Positions 52,560 to 64,000 of a stretch of 64,000 nt of DNA are shown one piece after another. The translations under genes were made by a program, and so were the position numbers. This DNA comes from Raillietiella orientalis (lineage: Eukaryota): NCBI GenBank assembly GCA_036172245.1, contig JAYWIR010000008.1, positions 4,340,001-4,404,000 of the forward strand. Direction: 5' to 3'. The notes under the pieces were generated by a model, which was given only the letters and a program-made list of their open reading frames with translations, did not search any database and was not told the origin of the DNA. Numbering within the stretch: position 1 is the first letter of the stretch; each line of letters begins with the position of its first letter.

Positions 52560-53640
52560 ACCGGGTCATCCTTGCATCTCCGCGACGTCCCGAAGCGGAA
52601 GAACCCTCAGCCTCTGAGGTTTTTCTCCCGGGTCGGGAGGCCTCGGAGGAATTTCGCCGGATTCACACTGCGGTGGGCCAACTAAACCTCCCCCTCCCCC
52701 CTCGCAGGTTCCCTGAACGCTCACCGAGCCTCCTCACAGCTCAGAGGACGAGGAGGCAGGGGAGCTGTCCCGAGATGCAACGGCCCCTGAGCACAGCTTC
52801 GGTTAGGGGTATGACCAGCTACCGCGCGACCTCTCGGTGGGGAAGCCTGGTGACCGCCTCAGGGCAACCCCCCTGGAAGCGAGACCTTCCCAGAGGAGGG
52901 CGCGAGCGCCTTCCGGAAGCGCCAGCACGCATGCGGACTTCCCACCGCGCTGGCTGCCAAAGAAGTCGCTCCAGGCTGACAGCTGATGGATGCGCGCGCA
53001 AGGGGTGAGAGCCAAAGACGTCCTCGCCAGAGCGTCTCTGGTCTGGGAGGGGGAGGAAGGAGGAAGGGAAGGGGTGGAGGGGGAAGAGGCTTCGGGAGAG
53101 CGCCGCTCGCGCCACAGGACCGGCAGCTGCTCCGCGGATCCGACGAGGAGGGTCGGCGCTCCCGGCAGAGAGGCAGGGGGGCTTCCAGGAAGTTGACTGA
53201 TGGTGATTCATCGCTCCGGAGTCGGGAACCCGGGATCCAGGGAGGCGGGAGAAATTCTCGAGGGGTGTCTCGAGGCAGGAATCCTGGAGATTTAGACGGC
53301 GCGCGCTGGTTGCCAAGTGGCAGAGGTCCAAATCACACCGTCCGAGGGGGGAGAGGGAGAAAGATGCCCTGCGGAATTCCTCGGAAGGGGAGGAGACCGT
53401 GTTCACAGAGGATGCTGAGGAGTCTGTCCCTAGACCAACTCTTCCACCGTGTGTCCTGTGGCCTCTGCGTTCCGGGAGGCCCTCCTTCCCGCTCGAAGAC
53501 CCAGCTGTCTGCGGAGCCCGGGGGCCTGCTGTACCCTTTCTGGAGGTTCTTTTACTGCCCACGCATAGGGTCCGGAGACTTTTCGCTTCTTAAAAGAGCA
53601 AAAAGGCAATCTTTCAAAAAACCCCTGGGATGGGTCACCC
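52560..53640 (+). mobile_element. Degenerate R1-like LINE RT fossil
   Basis: RRFPERS...RQGSCPEMQRPLSTASVRG (G.FP..WK...K.G...P..YRPISL.S.LG), LMDA, SRGVSRGRNPG, VFTEDA, KKPLG. Confidence 0.5.
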
Positions 53641-53699
53641 GCTTCCCACCCTCTTCCTTTCGAACTGGTTCCAGGGATTAGGTTGTTCCCCCCTTCGCT

Positions 53700-54350
53700 C
53701 CAGAACGGCGTCCAGGAATACCGCTGATACCTCCTCTGTGAGGTATCAGCGGGGTCTCCCTTGCCGTGTTTTTCAACCCTCTATCCACACCTCCTCCAGC
53801 AGCAGTAGATGGTTTGCTGGTGCCTCCTACTAATCCTCTTCTCCCATTTCCTGATGGAGGCTTCCCCCCTCCTTCCTAGAAGGAAAGAGTCACGCCTAAA
53901 CTAGGGTCTCTTTCTGATGGAGATACGCCAGCTTTCGCCGGAAGGCGCAGGTTCTTCCCCTCCTCTGCCTACAGGAGCGAACGATTCCCTCTTTTAACTG
54001 CGTGAAGACGTTGATGTTGCTACGCGTTTCCAGGCAACCGTTCTTCATGGGCACGGCATTACAGGGGCGGCCGCGCCTGTCGTTCGCCACTCCTCCTGCC
54101 CAAGTGACATCTTCAGCTCTGCTAAGAGACATCCTTTATGTGGTTTCGTAGGGCACTCGAGGGTACCCTCCGCTTCCTGGGTCAAATGGTGTCTGAACCT
54201 CACCAGCAGAGGAAGGAAAGGGAGGATCTGAAAAAGGGAAGGAGAGACCCCTGTTTCGTTCTGCCGCTTCTGGATTCGAGGTTTCGTCGAAGCGCAGAGT
54301 ACCGTTTCCATGGAGGTGGAAGAGAGGGGAGGATTGGGAGGAGCGTGGAC
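53700..54350 (+). mobile_element. Possible degenerate L1-like RT fossil
   Basis: YQRGL, WFAGASY*, PFFMGTALQGRP, LRFLG, EERGGLG in expected order; weak. Confidence 0.3.
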
Positions 54351-56629
54351 ATTCCTGAATCCTGGAGTATGGAAGATGACGCAGGGACTGCCGGAAGCGC
54401 GGAATGGGAGCGGCCGAGGTCACGCCCTACTTCCGGGAGAAAGTCCTGGTCGTTCCTGCCTTGGGACCGGAGGCGCCTCCGGCCAAGGTTTTCCCCCGGA
54501 AGCAGCGCGTGACCTCCGCCCCTCCTGCCTTCCCAAGTGAAAACGAAATGCAGGCCGCTCCTGGGCCGACCCAGAGGGCTAACAGAGTACGCGCATCCCA
54601 TCGAAGAGAGGCCAATGCGGACCTCACCCGGAAAGCGGGCAGAGGGAAGAAAGGAGCAGCAGGAATAGGCTCTCTAGGAAATTCGGAGAGCTCCTGCAGG
54701 TCCATCGGAGTTGTGTGTCTTTCTGGCGGGAGACCGGATCCATCCGAGAGGAGGATTCGGGGACAAAGAGGCTTGCGATGAGACTAACACTCCGCGGGCG
54801 ATCGTGCGCAGAGAGGCACTCTCCCGCCCCTTTCCTTCGACCCTCGAAAGGGTAATCGGGTGCGCGCATGAGTCTCTCTTCCGCGCTTCGGGGGGATGTG
54901 CGACAGTCCACTGGAGGGAGAACCTTCCGGTCTCCAGGGGAGCGGTGAACACGCTTCCCGTGTCCCACGGCCAGCTGGTATTCAGCTCCCTCTCCCGCAA
55001 GCATAGGCGGGCAATCTGACAGCAGCGCTACCGCACCGGCCGATCGGTTGTCCGGCCGGCGGCGGATGCACCGAATAGTCGAGCAGCACCATCTCTCGCC
55101 TTCTCCTAGAAACCACCGAGAACATTAGCTCAGCCTCCTCTCGCAGCTAGAAGTAAGAACCGGCGCCGTAGCGAGAAGCGGCCTCGGTTATTCTTTTTTT
55201 TTTCTTTCCTCCTTTTCCCATCCCTGAAAAGAAAAGAGGAAAAACGGGTAGGCGGACGGACACCCTGGCTCTATCGCTTTCCGGTCCGGACCACGCCGAT
55301 TTCGGAGCGTAACGGGCGCGAGTTCGTTGGGAAGAGCGGGATGGAGCTCCCACGGTGCAATTTGCTGCCGCTGCTGCTACCGCCTGCGCGACGGAACACA
55401 GGATGTCGTTGAGGAGTGCACCCTTCTGCAAAACCGCCCAGAACTCGTGCCGTTAGGGACACGCAAGTAGCCGAAAGAGTTGTCCCGCGGCTCTCTTCAG
55501 CCGCAGCCATGGGTCGCTGAGATGAGTGCCTCCCCCGCCGTCGCATCCTCCCGTCGCCATGGGCCTTCCTGCAGCCGTCTGGCGGCGGGGACGCGCGATC
55601 CTGCTCAGGCGCGCATCCCTTTAAGCATCCACCGCTGCCGGAGAGGACGCGGACGCTGACGTCACAGTAGCCGCTGCACTATGCCGCGCTCCAGCGACTG
55701 CCAGCCTGACCACCGAACGAGTCGACCTTGCGGAACGGCTCCTCGTCAGAATGCACCCACCACCACGCCCCCTGTTCCCTTTCTCTTCCCCGACCTGCCG
55801 ATCCCACTCCTCTCCGACCCACGGAAACCGCGGCAAGCAGATCTCGAGGCATCCGTCTTGGGTTCCGGAGTCTTCCTCTCTGAGCCGCTGCGGTCCTTTC
55901 CCTCCTGGACGCGGCATCCCTCGACCCGGAACACCCTACGCTCCAAGGGATCGAGCCGTGGGTCTGAGGGCTCCACAGCCGGTTCAACTCCAGAGACACG
56001 AGCAGATCTTCGGGCAACTACCGGGCGTGACGCCCTCGTTGACACGTAGGATCGCTGTGCGCTTGTGAGCTCCAATCGGGAAACCCCGGAGGCATCGGGA
56101 AGGAACGGAAGAGAGCTGATGTCATCCAGGATGCTAGGCAAGAGTAGATGACCAGCTCGGTCTCCCGCAGCCTTTTTCTCCTGCCAACATCCCATTTCGA
56201 CTTGGTTCCCCCCTTCACTCTCTCCGAACGGCTCTCTCCTAGTCCCTCTCAGCTAGAGACTTCAGATCCTCTCAGGGCTTCCTCTCACACTCTCGAATCG
56301 AACTCCCGGAAATTCCACTCTGCCTTCCCACTGCAGGAGCGTCCGTCCTCCACCGTCGCGGAGGGTCGCCCTTTCCTGCCCCCTCCTCCTACCGAATCAA
56401 CTTGGCCATCCAGTTCGTCGCCGTGTCCCAGTACCGCAGGCGCTCAGTGGGTCCCAACTCGGAATGGGGTGCATCTCGCTGGCGCACGGAGAAGAGGGAG
56501 GCCAGTGGGTTGCCCGGGAGTCCTCAAGCTGGTGGCACGCCCTCGCCGCTGCGGGAGAGGCCATGGACTGTGGTGTCCCGGGAACCTCTCCTCTGCAGAC
56601 GAGTGGGTCCCGCGATTTCGAGCCTCGTG

Positions 56630-56845
56630 GCTTCCATCTTCTCTTCCTTCCTCCTCCTCCTCCATTTCCCCTCCTCCCGCAGCCTTCCTTCTCCCTCCTT
56701 CCTCTTCCCTTTTTCTTCTTCATCTTCCTCCTCCTTCACTGCCCTTCATTTCTTCCACCTCTTCCTTTCCTTTTTACTTTTTTCTCTTCCTCTCTTCCTC
56801 TTCCTCTTCCATCTCCTCCTCCGTCCATTTCTCCCCCCCCTTCAC
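56630..56845. repeat. Degenerate (TCC/TTC)n polypyrimidine low-complexity tract
   Basis: About 215 nt almost entirely C and T on the + strand. Confidence 0.9.
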
Positions 56846-56849
56846 ATGA

Positions 56850-57640
56850 GCACTCTGGAGACAAAGCTCCAACCCAGCATCTCCAAGATGAAGGCGATTG
56901 GATTCTCAGAATCTAACCGCACTTAAGAAGATGATGCGTAGCGATGGAGCTCTCAACATCCGGTCTCTTCATCCCTTCTCCCGGGCTTTGAAATCCAGAA
57001 AGTCCTTTTAAATCCGGGATGTTTACGGATCATTCGGAAGAAGTTAATGCTCTCTTACCACTTGTACCACCTGGCACTTGGCTGATCTCTCCTAAGGCGC
57101 AGGATGCCCTGAAGACCTCTCAGAGGGAGCTTCTGGGCTATGCGCGCGCGTCACTCGTGGAGCTGAGAGAAGGAAGAGGAGAAAACTCAGCAGTTCAAAG
57201 TCCCTCTGGAGAGTCCTCGTACCGCCGCAGGATGGGTGGGGAGGAGCATGCCCTCCTCAGCAAGGATGCTGCGTCTTCCCTCTCAGAAGGAGCTCCGCCG
57301 TCTCATTCCGGAGTCCGCAGGTCTCTCTTTGCAGAACGCCCCGGGAATCCCACCGAGCCGCAGCCTCCCCAGCGGTCTTCTACAGGAACGACCAGGGAGT
57401 ATCCGTCCCGGCCCTTGCCTCCCGATTGTGGGGATGCGCCTCCAGGTCCCAGGGCATTAGCAGATCGGCCTCTGCTCCCCTTTCCTGGCGCCGCCCTCGC
57501 TCTCTGCACGCAGCTCCGAACGCGTCGGATCGCCTCCAATCCCCAAGGAGCTCCCAAAATGGACCGGGTGGGCAGGGCCCGCCCTCCAATCGCTTACTGG
57601 GAGGCGGTGGTGAAAACGCTCTACCCTTTCTGAGAGCGGC
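56850..57640 (+). mobile_element. Degenerate Ty3/gypsy pol fossil (RNase H to start of integrase)
   Basis: KLQP...KAIGFSES (L.Q...PIAF.S), FTDH, LLGYARASLVELREGRGENSAVQSPS (L..Y...I.YRPG..N..AD.LS), SHSGVRRS (GH.G...T), RPLLPFP. Confidence 0.5.
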
Positions 57641-58342
57641 GGCCCGCGGCGAAGACTGCTGGCCCGCGAAGGAGTCGCAAACGCGACAGGCGCGTCATGC
57701 AGCGGGCCGCTCCCTCACCTCTTCCAGAGGGAAGCACCACGAGCTCGCGAGGTGATCTCCGATCCCCGGAGGACGCTGGGCCGCAGCGGGGGCAAAGAGG
57801 GAGGAGGAGGCGCTTCCCGAACGTCCCCAGGAGCCGAGGCCGGCGACCCGAGGTCGGAACTCCGCTCGCGCGTGATCGCAGGTCGCCACGGCGGCGTTCC
57901 TCCGCCGCGGTTCGAGAGGGCAGCCGGCCTCCAGGAGGGAAAGCGCACGCTGGAATGCGATGAGTAAGCGACACGAGAGGAATTCGGCTCCTTCGAGCGC
58001 TCCAGAGACCCGGAGGGGAGGGCGCAGGGCAGAGGGTTGAGAGACCCTTCCTTTGCGAGCACGAGTTTCCTCTGGGTGACGCAGGTCGGCGCGTGCGAAG
58101 GCGGGATCTCGCAACGTGATCTCCAGAGGGCCGTGGATTCTCTCAACGCAATCTCGTCCTGGAGGCGACGCCCCTGCCACCTCGAGCCCCCTGGTGGGAG
58201 GGCAAGAAGACCCCGCTTTCCCCCTCCGAGGACAGGAAAAGTCGTTGCGCCGCTCTCCAAGAAAGTCAGCCTGAGAGGCGGCACTTTCGCGCGCGCGCTC
58301 GCGTGAAACGCATGCGTGCTCACACGTTCCTAATCTCCCTGG

Positions 58343-58984
58343 TTACGAGTGGGGGCCATCACCTCCCCAACGAGCAGCTCCGCGAGAGTCTGCAGGGGAA
58401 TCTCCCAAGCTGGGGCAAGCGTGACGGTGGGGCGTGGAAAGCGTGACGGTGGCGCGTGCACCCCTTATGGAATCTCGGAGTTCGCGGGACGTTCGGTAGA
58501 GGGCGGGGCGAGAGGCGCCTCGACGCGGCCCTGCCTTCGCGGCGCAAGGGATCCCGGCAGGAATGTGGGCCCTCTGATGGGAACAAGGAGTACAGCGGTG
58601 CGCAGGGCGGTGTCTCTGTGCGCTCGGAGAAGCGCTCTCGCGTGCGAGGAGAGATTCCTTGCCTCGCAACAGGATCTTCCCGAAGGCATCACCGCGTTCT
58701 CGAAACTCAGCAGTTCTCCGGCACGACTCGAGGATGTCCGACCGCGAACGTGAGGTCAACTCGTCTCGACAGCCGGTCCCGCTCGGCCCGAAGTAGCCGC
58801 CATGCCGACCGAAGGGCCTTCGCAACAGTGTAGCCACACATAAGACGGTGGTCGTTTTGGCGTGAGACCGGCAACGCGGAAGATCAGTTTGCAAAGAGAA
58901 GCCAACAAGGAAGCCTCGGCAGCCGTGGCGCCATGTCTTCGTTGGTCTTCGGCGAGCCTTCCGGCGCCCAGATGACTCTGCCAC
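58343..58984 (-). mobile_element. Degenerate LINE RT fossil contained in one 213-codon open frame
   Basis: GGYFGPSGTGCRDEL...ILESCRR...GDAFGKI...GPRRGASRPALY...DSPAD, collinear with Q.GF....GC / D..NAFG.V / G.RQG..LSP.LF / FADD. Confidence 0.4.
58417..58460. repeat. 22-bp tandem duplication
   Basis: aagcgtgacggtggggcgtgga followed by aagcgtgacggtggcgcgtgca (2 mismatches). Confidence 0.8.
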
Positions 58985-59969
58985 ACCCTTTGGCTTTCCC
59001 TACCAGCGTGCAGTGCCATCTATGGCGTGCGCGCGCCCCCAGCCCAACCGTTTCGCCGGGAGGACCTCTACGGCGCTCTCGACCGGTGGGGAGGTCTCTG
59101 ATGCTGTCGCCGGCAGCGAAAAGGCTGGAAATCGCGTGTCGTGGGTCGGTGTAGGGAGGCTTCGTGCTCCGGCTCTACTCTGCTTGTTCGTCTGGTGAAC
59201 TCGAAGTCTTCCTGAGAGCCACCCACTCCTCGTTCTTCCACCGGTATCCCATCCGCCTAATGCAGATTCTCCAGGCCATCTTTTCCGCAGGCAAGCAGGT
59301 TGCTGCTAGGGAGGCGAGTCAGATTGACTCTGCGGCGCGAGTCGCACCAAAGAGACGTGAGTCGGGAACCGTGGAGCCAAACGCCATCTCCTGATGCGCG
59401 GGCCCCACTCGCGGTGCTGTCCGGGCGGACGGAAACTGCTCTCCCTCGAGAGATGCAGGAAGGAGAAGAGGTGGAGAGAAACTCCTTCGGGACCTCGCAC
59501 GCGCAGCACAGGAAGAGCGGCCTTTAACGATGCAGTTGTCAAGGAGTGACGGGACGTCGGAAGAGCGGAGGCGCGTAGAGACGAAAGATCACACTGCACA
59601 GGCGCGATTCGGTGACTTCTGAGGAACGATTTGGAAGGGACGCGGAGGAACCACAGTCGCCCGGGGAGGATGAGGGGGGCAGGACGGTTGTGCTTCGCCG
59701 GGCCGCACGAAGTGGCCGCGAAAGCAATGGAAGGGGTGACGTCATAGCGCGCATAGACCCGGCACTTATCTCAAGTGGAAGGTTCGTGACTTGGCGGAAA
59801 GTGACGTCGAGGAAGAGGCGGGAGATCTGGGACGGCCGAGTTCGATTTCGTGCTCCAGTCCGACCGGACGCCGCCGAGCGCCAGCAACGTCGAACGCACG
59901 CGAAGGGTGGGTGGCGGCACCTCGCTCCAAACGGCAGCTGCGGATTCGGAGATTCGGACACGTCGGGGT

Positions 59970-60880
59970 GAGCCGCTGGCAGCAGGGAGGGACTTTCTTC
60001 CAGAAGGACCTCTTCGAGAAGAGGGAACGAGGGATCGCCCACAGCCCAAAGCCTGCCCTCTCCGGGGTTTCCTCGCCGACCAACTTAGGAAGCAGAGAGA
60101 TGCTTCAGCACGGGAGAAGCACGGACGAGCTGCCAGAAGTGCATCTTCAGGAACGGCGCAGGAGCGGACAGGAAGGGCTCCGCACTCCTCGCCGTGGGTT
60201 CTCGTAGGTCCCGCACTGGCGGCCGTATGGCCGCGGCATCCGCGCGCAGCACCATGCGACAATCGCCCGCGTGAGTATCGACGCCGAGTTGGATGAGTCG
60301 TGGGTTCCGAGTCTCCCTGCAAGATGACTCTGGAACGACTCAGGCATCGGGTGCGCATTCGTAGGGTTTTCAGCCAGACGCCCCGTTGAATCAGGAGTGG
60401 TTCATTTGGAGACCCTCTTTCCTTCTCACCCGCTTGCGTGGATGGGAAGAAGAGCCTTGTGGGTCGCCATTGCGACAGCATGGTGCAACTGCACCGATGG
60501 CCCTATCGGGTGGATGCAGCAATGGGTCTCATCACCTACCCCCCATCCTACCCCCTGCGCTGTTGGCCGCATGGCTGCAGTCTCCACGTGTGGTGTCAAG
60601 ACCTGCGGATGCGAATCCCACCTGGGGAAGTGTCGACACCGAGAAATATGCGGGAGGGAGGGGGGCATCGTGGACTTCGAGTGTCCCCCACAAGATGACT
60701 CTGGTTGACCTGCGAGCTTCGGGTGCTGCACCGGTGGAAAACAGGATGCTCTCGTTGACTGGCCAGAACTGGAAGTTGACCTCGGTGGTCCTGCCAAGAA
60801 TGAAGGAGTCGATTCCCTTCGGCACCCCCTCCGGTTATGCAAATGGAGCCGTCCTCCCTTCTCGTGGTGGGTGGGCGGTG
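59970..60880 (+). mobile_element. Degenerate R1-like LINE RT fossil with internal duplication
   Basis: GGTFF, SPKPALSGVSSP, RRGFS, VSIDAELDESWVPSL (VSLDI..AF...WWP.I), PSFLLTR, GGCSNGSHHLPPIL, PADA; then a second SVDTE...SWTSSV...SGYANGAVLPS..W. Confidence 0.5.
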
Positions 60881-61339
60881 GGACCTTCCATCTCGCACCA
60901 TGGAGCTGTGGTTGCTACCTCTCCAGAGTGTGAAGAAGCGCGCTGCCCCCTTTGGGTAGCGACCCTTAGGAGGAAATTGGGAATCGTCCCTTCGGGGTCC
61001 TCCTCAGAGGAGTCAACAAGGAGCGGATCCTTTCCGCACTTTCCGCGGATCTTTTCCGGAGATTCCCCCTTTCCGGGGGAATCTCCGGAGAGAACAAGGA
61101 AGAGGTGATTCCCTCCGGAGACAACCAGGACGAGGGTTCCCTTCCAGGCGTGAGAGGAACGTACGCCTTTCCTCCGGATCCTTCCTGGATTCATAGGGTG
61201 GTCCCTCCGGGGTTGTCCCCCCTAACTTGAAGAGTTCTACCGACCCTCGGATGGCGTGGGCAGCGTTTAAGAGCTTCGTGAGTCCTTCCTAAGAAGGAGA
61301 ACGGTCCTTTAGCACTTGGCGAACCCCCAAAAAAAATCG

Positions 61340-62220
61340 AGTACGGGAAGTTGGCACCTGGGGATGCTGAAGTAAATACATAGGATCTTTATATAGCAAG
61401 TGTCTGGTACATTGCAAGGGCATGCATCTCTATAGGGAAATGGTACTCCTTCAGCTCGCAGAGGGGAAGCTCAGCGGGATAGCCAGCTAGAGGAGCCGAG
61501 GCGTATCGTTTGATGGCACGCGGAAGATGCTCCACCTCCAAGGGTGATTCGGTCAACTGCGGGCTCGAGAGTGTTGTTCCCCAGTTGCTATGATAACGGC
61601 CTCGTGCCCCTTCACTCGGACAGTTTCTGGTCGCTTCCTTACAGACTCACAAGAAGCACGCGGGATGGAGAGAAATGGCTAGCGTGAATTTGAAAGCAGA
61701 GGGCACTCGGAAATTCCGGGATTCGCATCCCAGAGACGAACCTGACTTCGAGATGTTTCAGCTAGAGACATCAGCAGCCACCTTGCATCCCCTGCAAGCC
61801 CGACGCCGCAATCCCGTCCGCACAACTCACCAGGGACGGAGACGAATGGACCCCTTCCTAGGAAGCCTTGCGAATCCCTGTGGATCGCCGATTCTCATGC
61901 GGAGAATTCCGAGAGTCTCCGGGAGATGACTCCGCAAGTTCAGTCCGCCGGTTAGCCATGCACTGCTCCGTCGAACTTCGGCCGAGTCCATGACCAGCCG
62001 TTTTTCTGGCATGCGTAACTGTGGGAGATCGTTATTTCCACCTTCCCTGGTAGTGCATGCCTGACCGCGCGCAAGATGTGGGATGCTGCTGCGGTGTGCA
62101 TCCTCGCCTGCATTGCACGCGATTGCAACGGTAACCGTGTGCAGAAACACGCGACGTCGAAAACGTCAAACGGATGCACTCAGAAAAGGATTCCATTGGA
62201 CATACTCGGGGATGTCGTTC
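61340..62220 (+). mobile_element. Possible Tx1/L1 ORF2 3' fossil
   Basis: LAPGDAEVNT*DLYIASVWYIA (LS..GR..VIN.L..S.LWY.A), ALHAIAT, EKDSIGHTRGC (zinc knuckle); weak. Confidence 0.3.
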
Positions 62221-62929
62221 GGATCTCCACTCCAGCAGAAGCGTGAGCGGAACGTTTAGGAACAAACCCTGCGCTTTCGTTCCTCCTGCGCCAGAGCTTC
62301 GTACGCTCCCCTGTGGAGTGCAAAAGGCGCTGGGAGTTGTGAGGAACGGGTTGGCGCAGATCGCAGCGATGCCCGGTCAGCGCGATTCGAACGAGCTCCT
62401 TCTTCACGTTCCGCGAAAAAGTAATCGAAGTGGCAAATGACTCGTCCGGCCGCCTCCAGGGAAGCGGCAGCCGTTTCTTGACGTCAGACTTCGTTTCCCG
62501 CCGACGGATGGAAGGCAGAGCTCCTCCTCTTGAAATCTGAGAAAGGTGCTCGAGCAGGCGGGGGGTCGACGGCTGGAAAGCTGGAGCTCTCAGATAGAGG
62601 GAGGCAATCCAACCCGGTGCTTCCGAGGGTGGCTGTGCAGGATGCATGTCGGAGGAAACCCGGGGGAGCAGCAGCAGGGCTCGGCAGATTCCTCCTCGCG
62701 CTGCAGCGCACGGGAAAGGAGGTGCACGGACGGCGACGGCTAAGGGCCACCTGGCGTACAGCCGGTGTCCTTCGCGACCTCACCTCGTCCTGAAAATTCG
62801 GAGCCGATCCGTCGCGCGCAACCCGCCGACATTTGGAACGCTTCCAAGAGGCTCCGGTAGCCGTGACCGACTTCTTACACAACTCCCTCACAGTTCACGT
62901 GCAAGAACGCCACGCCCGCCCCTCGGTTG

Positions 62930-63420
62930 CGACGCACTCGAATCAGCGCCTTCTGGAACCTCCCCTGTCCTCCTGACGCAACCCAGCCCGCTTTGCGGCC
63001 GTTCCTTCCTCTCCGCCTCTGGGCACCTTGCGGTCAGTTGTCACCTACATCCACGGTAGTTCCGAGCTTGTCGTCCCTTCCTTGGTCTTTCTGCTTTCCG
63101 CGGCTGCAGAGGCACCCACAGGTAACTCCTAATGGCGATGTTCCCGTGGTTGCACGGATGGTGAGCCTGACGTCAGTGCTGCCCCCGAAGAGAGCACCAG
63201 TAGGCCTTTGCTGCCCAGCAAGACGAGCGGAGATCGTGAAACCTTCAGTTCCGTCCCGACGCGGAGTGGAGCACGCGAAGCCCTCTGTGAGGGGCCTGCA
63301 GAGTCGGGAAGAATCGCGAAGGTGGCGAGCATGACGCGTGCAATCTCTTTGCGGAGCTCACGGGTCGCCCGGCTGACGGACCTCCTCGAGTTCATCCACC
63401 GGGCAGACTTCATCCTCAGG
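62930..63420 (+). mobile_element. Possible gypsy integrase fossil
   Basis: LPCPP, SGDRETFSS (SD.G..F.S), RLTDLLEFIHR (P.TDG..ER.NR); weak. Confidence 0.25.
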
Positions 63421-64000
63421 GGAGGAAGGAAGGGGGGAGGGAAATGGTGACCTTCGTCAGGCTTCCACCTTCCACTCCAATCCCGTGGCTCCCGCCCATT
63501 CAGAGCTGACCCCACTGCCGTTCGAAATTTTTGTTTCCCGTCGGCAGATGGCAGGCAGACCCCTTCCTCTTGAAAGCCTCTGGAATTCACTTCAAACCGA
63601 CGGACCGGGATGGGATGGGAAAGGACTCCGGTTCCCCCCCTCCGCGAGGCTGCTCAGGAGCAGCCACGCCCGCGTCGCTTGCGCCCCGACGCGATGTCGG
63701 AGGAAAATCCCGGGTCCCCGGAAGCCGAAGGACCCGTTCTCACGCGCAAGGCCGGACAGACTCTGGACAACCGCCTAAGGACCGGCCGAAGGCCGCCCGC
63801 CTTCATCTCGCTTCGACGTAACTCCCATCGCTGGTGCCAGAAGAGGATGAACCCGCTCTACTCGACCCCACGGATGGACAGTCGCGTTGTGCCCTGTTCT
63901 TCTTGACGCCCGTTCCCTCCGTGGACTCCAAATCGGCGCATGACCTCTGACTGGCGCGCCCTCTTAGCGACGGCTGCAGTTGCTGGCGCCCGATTGCACC

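Overview
Eukaryotic (animal, arthropod-like) genomic DNA, not prokaryotic. Two genes are clear. One is ribosomal protein L35a (+, 7777-9088, 4 coding exons). The other is a complete non-muscle myosin II heavy chain (zipper-like; minus strand, 32670-16782; 32 coding exons, about 1,970 aa), in which 4 of 31 introns need a GC donor. A third, orphan gene can be spliced together on the + strand at about 1.6-3.3 kb. Most of the remaining DNA, and much of the GC-rich 36-64 kb block, looks like a mosaic of very old retrotransposon fossils (about 20 LINE and Ty3/gypsy pol fragments), recognised only by degenerate motif order. Base composition and CpG content switch sharply at kb scale: AT-rich and CpG-poor around RPL35A and the myosin 5' half, GC-rich and CpG-rich in the fossil field, with the fossils matching their local composition. 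Several perfect short-loop hairpins, one three-armed, suggest template-switch mutagenesis. I see no CRISPR array, rRNA, tRNA or intact mobile element, and no convincing new multi-gene system. All transposon calls and boundaries are by-eye and need HMM confirmation.
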